Positions 52,696 through 64,000 of a DNA stretch of 64,000 nucleotides are shown here, piece by piece. The DNA lies in the NCBI RefSeq assembly GCF_009914755.1, contig NC_060931.1, one strand, 5' to 3'. The position numbers and the translations under genes were made by a program. The DNA comes from the human T2T-CHM13v2.0 reference genome, Homo sapiens. Under the pieces are notes generated by a model, which did no database searches, was not told the origin of the DNA, and was given only the letters and a program-made list of their open reading frames with translations. Position 1 is the first letter of the stretch. Each line of letters starts with the position of its first letter.

Positions 52696-53179
52696 ATGCT
52701 TAGTCCTGACCTGCCTGACTCTGCCTGGAACACCAGGCTCCTCTGCCGTGTCATGCTTTGTCTCCTGGGAGCAGGTGAGTCCTGAGTACAGGTGGGACAT
52801 CCCTGTATCCACAGTGTTCAATTGTTGCTGAAGTGTCAAACTCTCCCGAGCTGAGTCTTCAGCTTCTGTCTCCTTCCTCCACAGGTTCAGTGGCTGCTGG
52901 AGTCATCCAGTCCCCAAGACATCTGATCAAAGAAAAGAGGGAAACAGCCACTCTGAAATGCTATCCTATCCCTAGACACGACACTGTCTACTGGTACCAG
53001 CAGGGTCCAGGTCAGGACCCCCAGTTCCTCATTTCGTTTTATGAAAAGATGCAGAGCGATAAAGGAAGCATCCCTGATCGATTCTCAGCTCAACAGTTCA
53101 GTGACTATCATTCTGAACTGAACATGAGCTCCTTGGAGCTGGGGGACTCAGCCCTGTACTTCTGTGCCAGCAGCTTAGG
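52696..53179 (+). CDS. TRBV13: TCR beta V gene segment with extended leader (leader 52696-52774, intron 52775-52884, V exon 52885-53179)
   Basis: Leader MLSPDLPDSAWNTRLLCRVMLCLLGA; V exon AAGVIQSPRHLIKEKRETATLKCYPIPRHDTVYWYQQ...FYEKMQ...YFCASSL. Confidence 0.97.
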
Positions 53180-53218
53180 CACAGCCCTGGAGAATTACTG
53201 GCTTTCTGTACCCAAACC
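53180..53218 (+). other. 23-RSS of TRBV13
   Basis: CACAGCC + 23 nt + ACCCAAACC. Confidence 0.95.
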
Positions 53219-53456
53219 CTCCTATCTCACTTGAGGATGTAATAGGGAGAAGGAGGTGGGGGCTGCCACACAACTTTAGCCAAGCCCCAGAGATGCTTCT
53301 ATTCTTTTCTAACATTTTCCCCTGCCCTGCTGAGCTCAGTGAGAGCTCCTGCACTTGTGGGCTCCAGACCCACTGGAAGTTCTCACATCTTAGCCAGTAC
53401 TTTTTAATTCCTAGCAAGTGGCGGGAGCTTCTACTCTGTGCCAACATAGGGGTATA

Positions 53457-53863
53457 TGTTTTAGTGTGTTTCCTGTTGCCATACAGAATACCTGAGACTG
53501 GGTATTTTATAAAGAAATGAAATTTGTTTCTTACAGCTCTGGAGGCTGGGAAGTCCAAGGTCAAGGACCCACATCTAGTGAGGACCTTCTTGCTGGTGAG
53601 GACTCTGCAGAGTCCCCAGGTGGCATAGGGCATTACATATGAGGGGGCTCATGAAAGATGGTCAAACTGGCTTTTATAACAGACCCAACCTCATAACTAA
53701 CTAATTCCTTCTATAACCCATTAATCCATGAATGGATTAACCTTTATGAGGGCAGAGTCCTTAAGATCCAGTCACCTTCCAAAGGTCCTACCTCTCAACG
53801 CTGCTGCATTGGGAACCAAGTTTTCAATATATAAATTATTTAGGAACACAGTCAAATCATAGC
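53457..53863 (-). mobile_element. MaLR LTR (MST-like)
   Basis: AATACCTGAGACTGGGTA..CTGGAGGCTGGGAAGTCCAAG..AAATCATAGCA. Confidence 0.8.
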
Positions 53864-53877
53864 AGTACACATTGCGG

Positions 53878-54182
53878 GTTTTTTTTTTTTTTCTTTTTTG
53901 AGACAGGGTCTCACTCTGTCACCCAGGCTGAAGTGCAGTGGTGCTGTGATCATGGCTCATTGCAACCTTGAGCGCGTGGGTTCAAGCAATCCTCCTGCCT
54001 CAGCGGCCTGAGTAGCTATGACTACAGGGACACATCACTACAAGGTGTGTCCCCAGTTCCTCAGTTCCTACAAGGTGATGTGTCCCCTTGCCTGGCTAAT
54101 TTTTTTTAATTTTTATTTTTGTAGAGATGAGGCCTTGTCATGTTGTCCAGATTAGTCTCAAACTCCTCAAATGATCCTCCTG
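53878..54182 (-). mobile_element. AluJ-like, truncated, with an internal insertion
   Basis: GAGACAGGGTCTCAC, GATCATGGCTCA and CAATCCTCC diagnostics. Confidence 0.85.
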
Positions 54183-55009
54183 AGTTTATGTGTTTTAATG
54201 CAAAGATAGACATTAGCATATCCACTTTATACATGTAGAAGATTTCAGTGTACCATTTTATAGATAGGAAGCTGTGGCTCATGAACTTCTCCAGTATTTC
54301 ATATTTCCAAGGATCAAAGGCAGGATCCAAACCTACGACTCCATGCCTCCAAAATAAAATTTCTAAAATTCTATAGTGTTTCCTGGGCCTTGGTCAATGA
54401 GCTACAGCAGAGCACTATTCTTCCATCTCAAGACTAGCCAAGCAGTAGAAGAAGGTCACATATTATGGAATGTGGTTACTATGGCTTATGGCCTGCCAAC
54501 CTCCAGGACATATAACTTCCAGCCAGAGAATATTTGTCCTGTTTTAGTTCCATATAGAATGGGGCCACAATATGTCCTAATATAGACATATAGTGACAAG
54601 GGGCATTTCTAATACATCACAGGGTTCAGTCAAGGAAACAGAATCCTCTAGGAATTCCAAGGAGAATAGGAGTTAATACAGGGAATTGGTGGTTATAAAC
54701 CACTGGAAGGCTGAAAAGTGGGAGGGTCTCAGAAGGTTGAAACTTGCGCTCAGGTCCACCACTAGTGATCACAAAGACTGAAGTTGCTACTTTTGCCCAG
54801 GTCAGGGACTGCTGGAAATAGCTGAGAGTCATAGTGGTCTTGCAGTGACCAAGAGGGTGATTCACAGGAAAGTATCCAGAGGTCATTGCAAATCCACCTG
54901 TCTGTTGCTGTCAGATAAAAGTCTTTATTCTGCTTCTAACTTTTCCACAAGTATAGCTTACTGGGGGAAACAAAACTGTTTTCAGAAACTTGCTCTCAGG
55001 AGAATCTAG

Positions 55010-55332
<323 letters not shown>

Positions 55333-57745
55333 CTGGGAAATGTACTTTCAAGTCTTCTAGCTCTTGCAATAAGAGAGAGAGAGAGATTGTTGGAGGACAT
55401 TTAAGGGTACTCAGTGCCAAAAGACAATCATCAGCACACCCAGCTATGCAGCAGAGAAATGGAAAGCAGGAGAATAAATTTTATATTTTCTGTCAAATTG
55501 TTCATGAAAATTTATTTTATATATATAGCTTTGCTGTTGTCATTTAGTTGTTGTTTACTTGTTAATTTATTCAGTAGATATTCCTGGAATACCTATTATG
55601 TTAAAAATTTCCTTGGAATACAGAAAATGAGATGTAATTTTTCAAATTACACATTCTGTCTTTAAGAAGTCTAAAGTCTGGCAAAATAATATATCCCTAA
55701 TTATTCACACATGCATTTACAATGTATGAAAGTCATTTCAATCAGTCAGTTTTCTGGCAAGGAACAGATGACACAGTCAAAAAGGCTGAAGTGAAAACAA
55801 TTTAATCGAAGGACTATGTTTAGAGGGGTAAACAGACTTAGGGACACCAAGAAGTGTTTGAGGGACCAGGGGTTTCCAGCACATTGGGAAGCCAGTACAA
55901 CTAACTGTGGGGCCTATGGAAAAAGGGGTGGGAGGGAAATTCTGTGTTACTGGAGGTGCATGCAAGTAATGAGAAAAGTTTCCCAAAGGAAGGAATTCAG
56001 GACCAGAGCTAGGAAGGGGAAGCCCAGATATGCTGAACTTTCTCTTCACTACCCTTCAATGTCCAGCTGGTGTCTTCCATTGGAAAGCCCAGCTGAAAGC
56101 CTGGATAGCACCGTTTGCTGACATCAGTCTTCAGGGGCACAGTCCAGGGCAGTAAGGGGCAGGCAGGCGAGAGTCGGTTGTGGGGAACTTTGGGTGTGCA
56201 TGTAGAACAGCCAGCACAGCAGCTACCAAGTGTATGATGTGCCATTTGCAGATGCATGTGCAAGTACACGGTGGACAGAGACCAACTTAATTCTACATCT
56301 TTTATGTGAACTTAGAGAAAATTGCCTTGTTGATTGCTAATAACAAGCAACATCGTTAATCCCATTTTCTCTGGGCCGTATACCAAGTACATTATTTCAA
56401 TTAATTTCTTAAGAACTTCAAAAGGGAGAACAATTTACTCCCATATTACAGGTAAAAAACTGTTAGAGAATTTAGATTTTCTAAAGGAGGTACAGCTAAC
56501 AAATATAGAACTTGGACTCACACCTAGGCCATACTGACTTTCAACCTATGCTTGAAGTTACTCCACCCTATACATTTTGGTAGAGGAAGATACCTTCAAC
56601 ATTGGAAATCTAAATGTCTCTTTTAGAAACAATGCATCTGACACAAACCATTTGAATAACATCTTTCATGTGGGAGGCTGCACGCTAAAGAGGAAGATCC
56701 TCAGAGATGAGGAGACCTCAGTAGTTCATCTTCTGATCCCTTGGGTCAGTGACTTTGAAAACATTTGGCTAAACTGAGGCCAATCATATATGTCTTACAG
56801 AGATTTTATACATGTAAATAAAACAGAGTCTAATACATAGTATAGGCTCAATAAGTCTTAGGTCCCTATGAATTTTCTGACAAATCTCTAGTCAAGCAGT
56901 TATTTACTTTGGCAATCTGGTAACAAAGGCATACACGAATTACTTTTGTCTGATTCACCTATGATTCAGACACAAAGTCATCTAAAATGCAAATATAGTA
57001 GTCTGATAATTCATTGGCAAAAGTAACACAAACAGTTGTGTCTTAAGAGAAAGTGAAAATGTTGTACCTTACAGCATTTCCTGCTTGATACTGAGTCTGA
57101 TATGCAAGGTGTGATGCTCCCAGAAAGTTGTGAATTCAGAGCAATCCTGATGGATTCCATCTCCTGTTGCTCCAGCACAAACTCAATATTGTACCTTTAT
57201 CCTGGTTTCCTCTCTCCCTATTTTATTCTCCCATCTCTCTTATTCCTAATTCCTGAGATCCTTTCCAAAATAAACTACTTTCACCAAAGTCCATGTCTCA
57301 AACTTTGCCTTCAGGGGCAGCTTAAAACTTTGACAGTGATAGAATGAGATGACCCTCTAAGACACTTCTCTTTGAAAAAGGCCGTGGTTTTCTTTTAGTT
57401 ACACTGCCATGCATTCATTCAGAAGTCCTATAATGATATGTGAACTATCTCTTCCAAGTTCATTTTGACTCAGTCTGAGTTTCCAACAGACTCACATGGG
57501 TCTCTGCTCAGTTAAGGCTCTGAGCTTATTTGTAACTGAATAGACTAAGTTTATGTTTCACAGCTTCAGGGTCTGCATGGACTCAGAGAACCATTCATTT
57601 CTTTCTTCAGTCATTCAACAAAAATTTAACAAGAGTATGTGCGGAGTAGATCCAAGTTTTGCGGAACATGAGGCTTATAAAATTTTAGGGATCGCTTTGA
57701 AAAAGAGAATACAAAATGAGAATGTCTTGAAAAAATTCTGTGCAA

Positions 57746-58046
<301 letters not shown>

Positions 58047-58456
58047 AATTCTGTGCAAGTGAGAAGGCCTGAAGTTATTCTTCATTGACTTCATGGCAAA
58101 TCCACTTCTAGCTAGTTACCGTGTGTAGGCACCATGTAAGTGCTTGAGAAACATCAGCACAGAAAACAGGCAAAGCTGCAAAATAAGGTGTATGTTTTCA
58201 ACAAAAGAAAATTTGTAAATCAATAATGATCAAGTAATACAAATGTAAATACAAGGAAAATATTCCTGGTAGATGTTTATCTCCCCAGAGAAGTCAGAGT
58301 ATTGTTGAGAATTCTATTGGTGGATCACACCTTATTTATTGATGGATCACACCTTATTTTGATAACAATTCTCAGAGCTCTTGGATTCCATGTGCCCTAC
58401 TCTAAAGAATCTGAGCCCTGAGATGGAAAGCTCTCCTTTCCTGTCCTGACTCAACC

Positions 58457-58931
58457 ATGGGCAATGATCTCTTTTTCCGTGTGCCTTTTGGTCTCCCAGG
58501 ACCAGGGGAGTTCTGGGCATAGATGGGAAAGCTCTTCCTGGGCTTTCCAGGCCCCAGCCACAGCCTCTCCATCGGGGTGTTCATGGGTCCCCTCCCTGTC
58601 TCCACTTCAGATTCTGTATCCATTCTCACTGGAGCATGAGTGTAGGAATTACCCACCCAGGTTACATCAAGATGTGCAGTCACAAAAAGGGATCCTCACA
58701 CTGAGATGTGTCCTGTATCTGAAATAACAGTAGTACCACTATTGACTAGATGTAAATTTTGCACCACAGCACATTTATGGTTCAATCAATATCCTCCCAT
58801 TTGTATTTATAAGACCTTCTGAATGGACACAGGGCATTTCCCTATGACCTTAAAGGCACCAGGCTAGTGTACTTCTGGGCAAATATCTCATATACATCCC
58901 TAATGAGCTTCCTCTTATTTTTACACAAAAG
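58457..58931 (+). pseudogene. Decayed TRBV relic with degenerate 23-RSS, upstream of TRBV10-3
   Basis: ACC-ATGGGC 49-nt leader, donor mutated to GGGAGT; ACACTGAGATGT (TLRC); CATTTCCCTATGACCTTAAAG..GTGTACTTCTGGGC; TACATCC-23nt-ACACAAAAG. Confidence 0.7.
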
Positions 58932-59507
58932 AAAAAAAGGAGGGTGGGTTTTCCCCACATAGTCCATCCACTCACAAGCCAATCTCCTGCAGAAATACCC
59001 TCACAGATAGACCAAGAAATGCTGTTGTACCAGCTACCTAGGTATGCCCTAGCCTGGTCAGGTTGGCACCTAAAATTAACCATCACAAAACTCATGAGAA
59101 CACAGAGGTCTGAGTTCTGATGATGAGACTCCTATTAGGTGATGGAGACTCAGGTGGCCTCCCCTAAAACAAAAGGAGAAGTCATATCTGTATTAGTCAT
59201 ACATATGTGTATATGTACATACATGTATGTATTCTGTTGGTTCTGTTTCTCTCTGAGGACGAGGTGGCCTAGATCCTTCCCTTTCTGGGTAAAGGGTGGA
59301 AGCAGTGTGGATCATTACTTAGTGTGTTCTGATAGCCATGTGTCACTATGTACTTGTTCTTTGTGTCTTCACATCTCTTCCTGTTGCATTTTAAAGCATT
59401 TTCATAGTATGTGGTGTTGCCTAGCAGAGCATTCTCATAGCAAAAAAATGTATATATATATACATATGCATATATATATTCTATTGGTTCTGTTTCTCTG
59501 GAGAAAC

Positions 59508-59509
<2 letters not shown>

Positions 59510-59554
<45 letters not shown>

Positions 59555-59780
59555 TCTCCCTGTATATATAGTATATATATATATATATACACTCTCTCTA
59601 TATATATAGTATATATATATATACTCTCCTATATATAGTATATATATATACACTCTCCTATATATATAGTATATATATATACACTCTCCTATATATATAG
59701 TATATATATATACACTCTCCTATATATATAGTATATATATATACACTCTCCTGTATATATAGTATATATATATATACTCT

Positions 59781-59834
<54 letters not shown>

Positions 59835-59845
59835 ATATATATATG
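59510..59845. repeat. (TA)n arrays plus a ~30-bp AT-rich minisatellite
   Basis: Repeats of TATATATAGTATATATATATACACTCTCC flanked by pure TA runs. Confidence 0.95.
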
Positions 59846-59950
59846 GGAAGAGAGAGAGAGAAAAAGAAAGAAGAGAAGAGAAGAGAAGAGAAGAGAAGAG
59901 AAGAGAAGAGAAGAGAAGAGAAGAGAAGGGAAGAGAAGAGAAGGAAAGAG
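59846..59950. repeat. (GAAGA)n polypurine repeat
   Basis: Pure purine tract of about 100 nt. Confidence 0.95.
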
Positions 59951-61036
59951 ATTAGGGAAATTGGCTCACGTGATTATGAAGGCTGAAAAGTCCCCCAGTA
60001 TGCCAGCCATCTGCAAGCTGGAGATGAAGCAAAGCCAGTAGCATGACTCAGTCCAAGTTTGAAGCCCTCAGACCACAGAAGCCAATGTTGTGTCTCTCAG
60101 CCTGAGACCAAAAGCCTGACAATCCAGGGGATTGCTAGTGCAAGTCCCGGAATCCAAAGGTAGGAGAATCTAGAATTCTGATATCCAAGGGCAGTAGAAG
60201 ACACATGTCTCATCTCTGAGAGAGAATGCAAATTCACCCTTTCTGTGCCTTTTTGTTTCATCCAGGCCCCCAGCTGACTGGATATTGCCATACACATTGA
60301 GAGTAGATCTTTCCCACACAGTTCATCAATTTACAAGCCAGTCTCCTCCAGAAATACCCTCACAGACATACCAAGAAGTGTTGCTGTACCAGCTATCCAG
60401 GTATGCCTTAATCTAGTCAGATTAACACCTAAAATTAACCATCAAACTACCAGCGGGAACACACAGAGGTCTGAGCTCTGATGAGGAGGCTCCTGTGAGG
60501 TGAACTAATGTGACAGAGCATAAAACAATATACAAATTGTATTGATCCTGACCTTAAGACTTTTTGAAACCTTCCCAGATGTCAGGTGGCTCTTTTAACA
60601 GAGGCCAGCACTGTAGGCTGACATCCAGTTATCCAGAGTTTGAGAAAAGATAAAATCTAGTAAAAGGTACTTAGAGGCAAATTTGAGGAGATGAGTTATA
60701 AAGGACACCAGACTGCCACGAGAATGTCCCTTAGACTACATAAATATTAGAAACAATTAAAACAGCATACAAATGAGGAATTGTATCCTAATGGGAATAA
60801 AATATGCAGAGAGGAATGCATTTTCTTTCTAATAACCTGCAAAGAGCATATGCACTTATGTCTTTAAAAATAGTCTACAAATTATTCCCATTCTGAGCTG
60901 TTAAATTGTATATATGTCCTATAAAATATTGTTTTATATACCATAAATTACATATATGTATATATTTGATTTATTTTTTTGGAGAATGTAAGGGGTGTGG
61001 CAGGTTAACTTTCCAGCTCAACTATTTGTCAGGGGC

Positions 61037-61046
61037 ACTGATGTCA
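61037..61046 (+). promoter_or_regulatory. TRBV promoter decamer variant (TRBV10-3)
   Basis: ACTGATGTCA about 80 bp upstream of the ATG. Confidence 0.7.
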
Positions 61047-61120
61047 TCGAGTCACTGAGAACCTAAGTTCTATTTCCCCAGGCAGGGCTGGGAGAGATGA
61101 GATCCTGGCCTGGACCTGAA

Positions 61121-61570
61121 ATGGGCACAAGGTTGTTCTTCTATGTGGCCCTTTGTCTCCTGTGGACAGGTGAGGGCTGGTCACAGGTGGGCTTCCTTCC
61201 CTAGAATTCCCAAGGCCTCAATACAAGTCTTTTTCTTGGGATTACAACATCAGGGTCTGTTGTTTTCTATTACAGGACACATGGATGCTGGAATCACCCA
61301 GAGCCCAAGACACAAGGTCACAGAGACAGGAACACCAGTGACTCTGAGATGTCACCAGACTGAGAACCACCGCTATATGTACTGGTATCGACAAGACCCG
61401 GGGCATGGGCTGAGGCTGATCCATTACTCATATGGTGTTAAAGATACTGACAAAGGAGAAGTCTCAGATGGCTATAGTGTCTCTAGATCAAAGACAGAGG
61501 ATTTCCTCCTCACTCTGGAGTCCGCTACCAGCTCCCAGACATCTGTGTACTTCTGTGCCATCAGTGAGTC
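61121..61570 (+). CDS. TRBV10-3: TCR beta V gene segment (leader 61121-61169, intron 61170-61275, V exon 61276-61570)
   Basis: Leader [16 protein letters not shown]; V exon [40 protein letters not shown]...SYGVKD...VYFCAISE. Confidence 0.97.
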
Positions 61571-61609
61571 CACAGTGCTGCATGGCTGCCTCCTCTCTGC
61601 ACGTAAACA
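61571..61609 (+). other. 23-RSS of TRBV10-3
   Basis: Consensus heptamer CACAGTG + 23 nt + ACGTAAACA. Confidence 0.95.
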
Positions 61610-62406
61610 GCAGTTAGAAAGACTGAGGTTGCTCTGTGTCTATCCCCACCCTTGGAAGTCCAGGCCTCCATAGAAGTCAGAGGGCCCTGGCCAGCCTGGA
61701 AGCCATAGAGCAGGGGCCTTATGACCCTCAGTGCTGACGTCCATTCCTACCCCAGTCTCAGACCAACTGGAGGTCACCCCAACACACTTAGCTTGCCAAG
61801 TCTCTCTTCTGCAGCTCTCTTTTGCTGCTTGCAGAAAGGAAAAGGCATCATTAGTTGAGGTTAGCGATGATTCTCTTAACCCCAAAGCCTGGACTCCCTT
61901 CTCTCCCCTGTGGGCTTCAGTGACTTCTTCATCTGCCCCTTTCCCCACGCTCCACTATCCTTCCACTCATAGTCATGAACCTTCACTCCTGACCTCTGTT
62001 CCTGGCTGCCTTTCTTCTATGGGCCAATAGCCTCATGGGGCCCTCTATCATTTGCTCTTCACCTACATCTCCATCATCATTTTGCACAAGTCTCCCCTGG
62101 CTCTCTCTGCTCCAGCCATGCTCCTTTATGTTCAGTTATTTCCTCATATGTGTTATGCTGTTTCCCACCCTGGGGACGTGTGTTTTTACAAATTATTTCT
62201 TCTACACTGAACATATGTTCCTCCCTCTTATTCCTAAGTCTCTACTTCATTTCTTACATGAAAGTATATTTCAGGTACATTTACTCTTAACTATAAACAG
62301 AAAAACTTAAATTTCACTAAAAGAAATTAAGGAAAATATTTTTATCCTTTGAGTGAAGACTTTTTTAGTGGAAACACAAAAGAACACATGCCATAAAAAA
62401 TAATAC

Positions 62407-62766
<360 letters not shown>

Positions 62767-62985
62767 TCAAGCCACAGCCTGGAAAAGGCATAAGGAATGC
62801 ATGCAAATGAGGAAGAATCAGCATGACACCATTTATGTTCACAAAAGTCCCTTGGCTCCCCTACAGTTCCAGGCTTCACATGCAGTTAAAGTGCTGGGAA
62901 CATATGAAGAGGTTCTGAATAACTGGATGTGTGCAGAACTGATGTGGGCAATCCCAAGTCTGGCCCTTAGAAATAACTTGTGGCA

Positions 62986-63860
<875 letters not shown>

Positions 63861-64000
63861 AGATACCCTTCAACTCTTTTGCCATGCCCTAATAAACCTG
63901 GGAGCTACGCAATACAGATTGACTAATGATAATATGGAAGCAGCCTGGCTCACTGGGTCATAATTTGGTGAAAAACCATGAAAGAAAGCTACTTATGGCC

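Larger units (their letters stand above)
59189..60445 (-). mobile_element. MLT2-like ERVL LTR, rearranged, hosting simple repeats
   Basis: TGTATTAGTCA start; GGAAATTGGCTCACGTGATTATG..CTGCAAGCTGGAG..AAAATTAACCATCA end. Confidence 0.75.

Noticed and set aside
58321-58359. 17-bp direct repeat TGGATCACACCTTATTT (and a 14-bp repeat near 3248-3278)
   Set aside because: Ordinary short slippage duplications with no evident function.
59139-59653. ORFs rich in YI repeats
   Set aside because: Translation artefacts of (TA)n repeats.
59550-59790. Regularly spaced ~30-bp repeats superficially like a CRISPR array
   Set aside because: No unique spacers; this is an AT-rich minisatellite in mammalian DNA.

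Overview
Human (or very close great-ape) T-cell receptor beta locus, TRBV cluster, in germline configuration, with all genes on the + strand. Nine V gene segments have a leader exon, intron, V exon and 23-bp-spacer RSS. By translation and order they are TRBV6-8, TRBV7-7, TRBV5-7 (conserved Trp replaced by Ser), TRBV6-9, TRBV7-8, TRBV5-8, TRBV7-9, TRBV13 and TRBV10-3. Bases 1 to ~43389 are a tandem segmental duplication with a period of about 20.1 kb (two full TRBV6-TRBV7-TRBV5 units plus a partial third). The rest is unique and rich in L1, Alu, LTR and MER repeats. The locus is well studied and I found no wholly new system. The less obvious signals are: (1) many decayed V-gene relics between the named genes, including a duplicated one with an intact leader, intact splice sites and an RSS with a 12-bp spacer; (2) an in-frame upstream splice acceptor unique to TRBV7-7; (3) loss of the ancestral TRBV13 start codon, rescued by an upstream ATG; (4) a broken promoter decamer in TRBV5-8; (5) shared and unit-specific Alus that date the duplication; (6) small inversion and template-switch scars. 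Gene and repeat names come from my recognition of the sequences, not from a database search.
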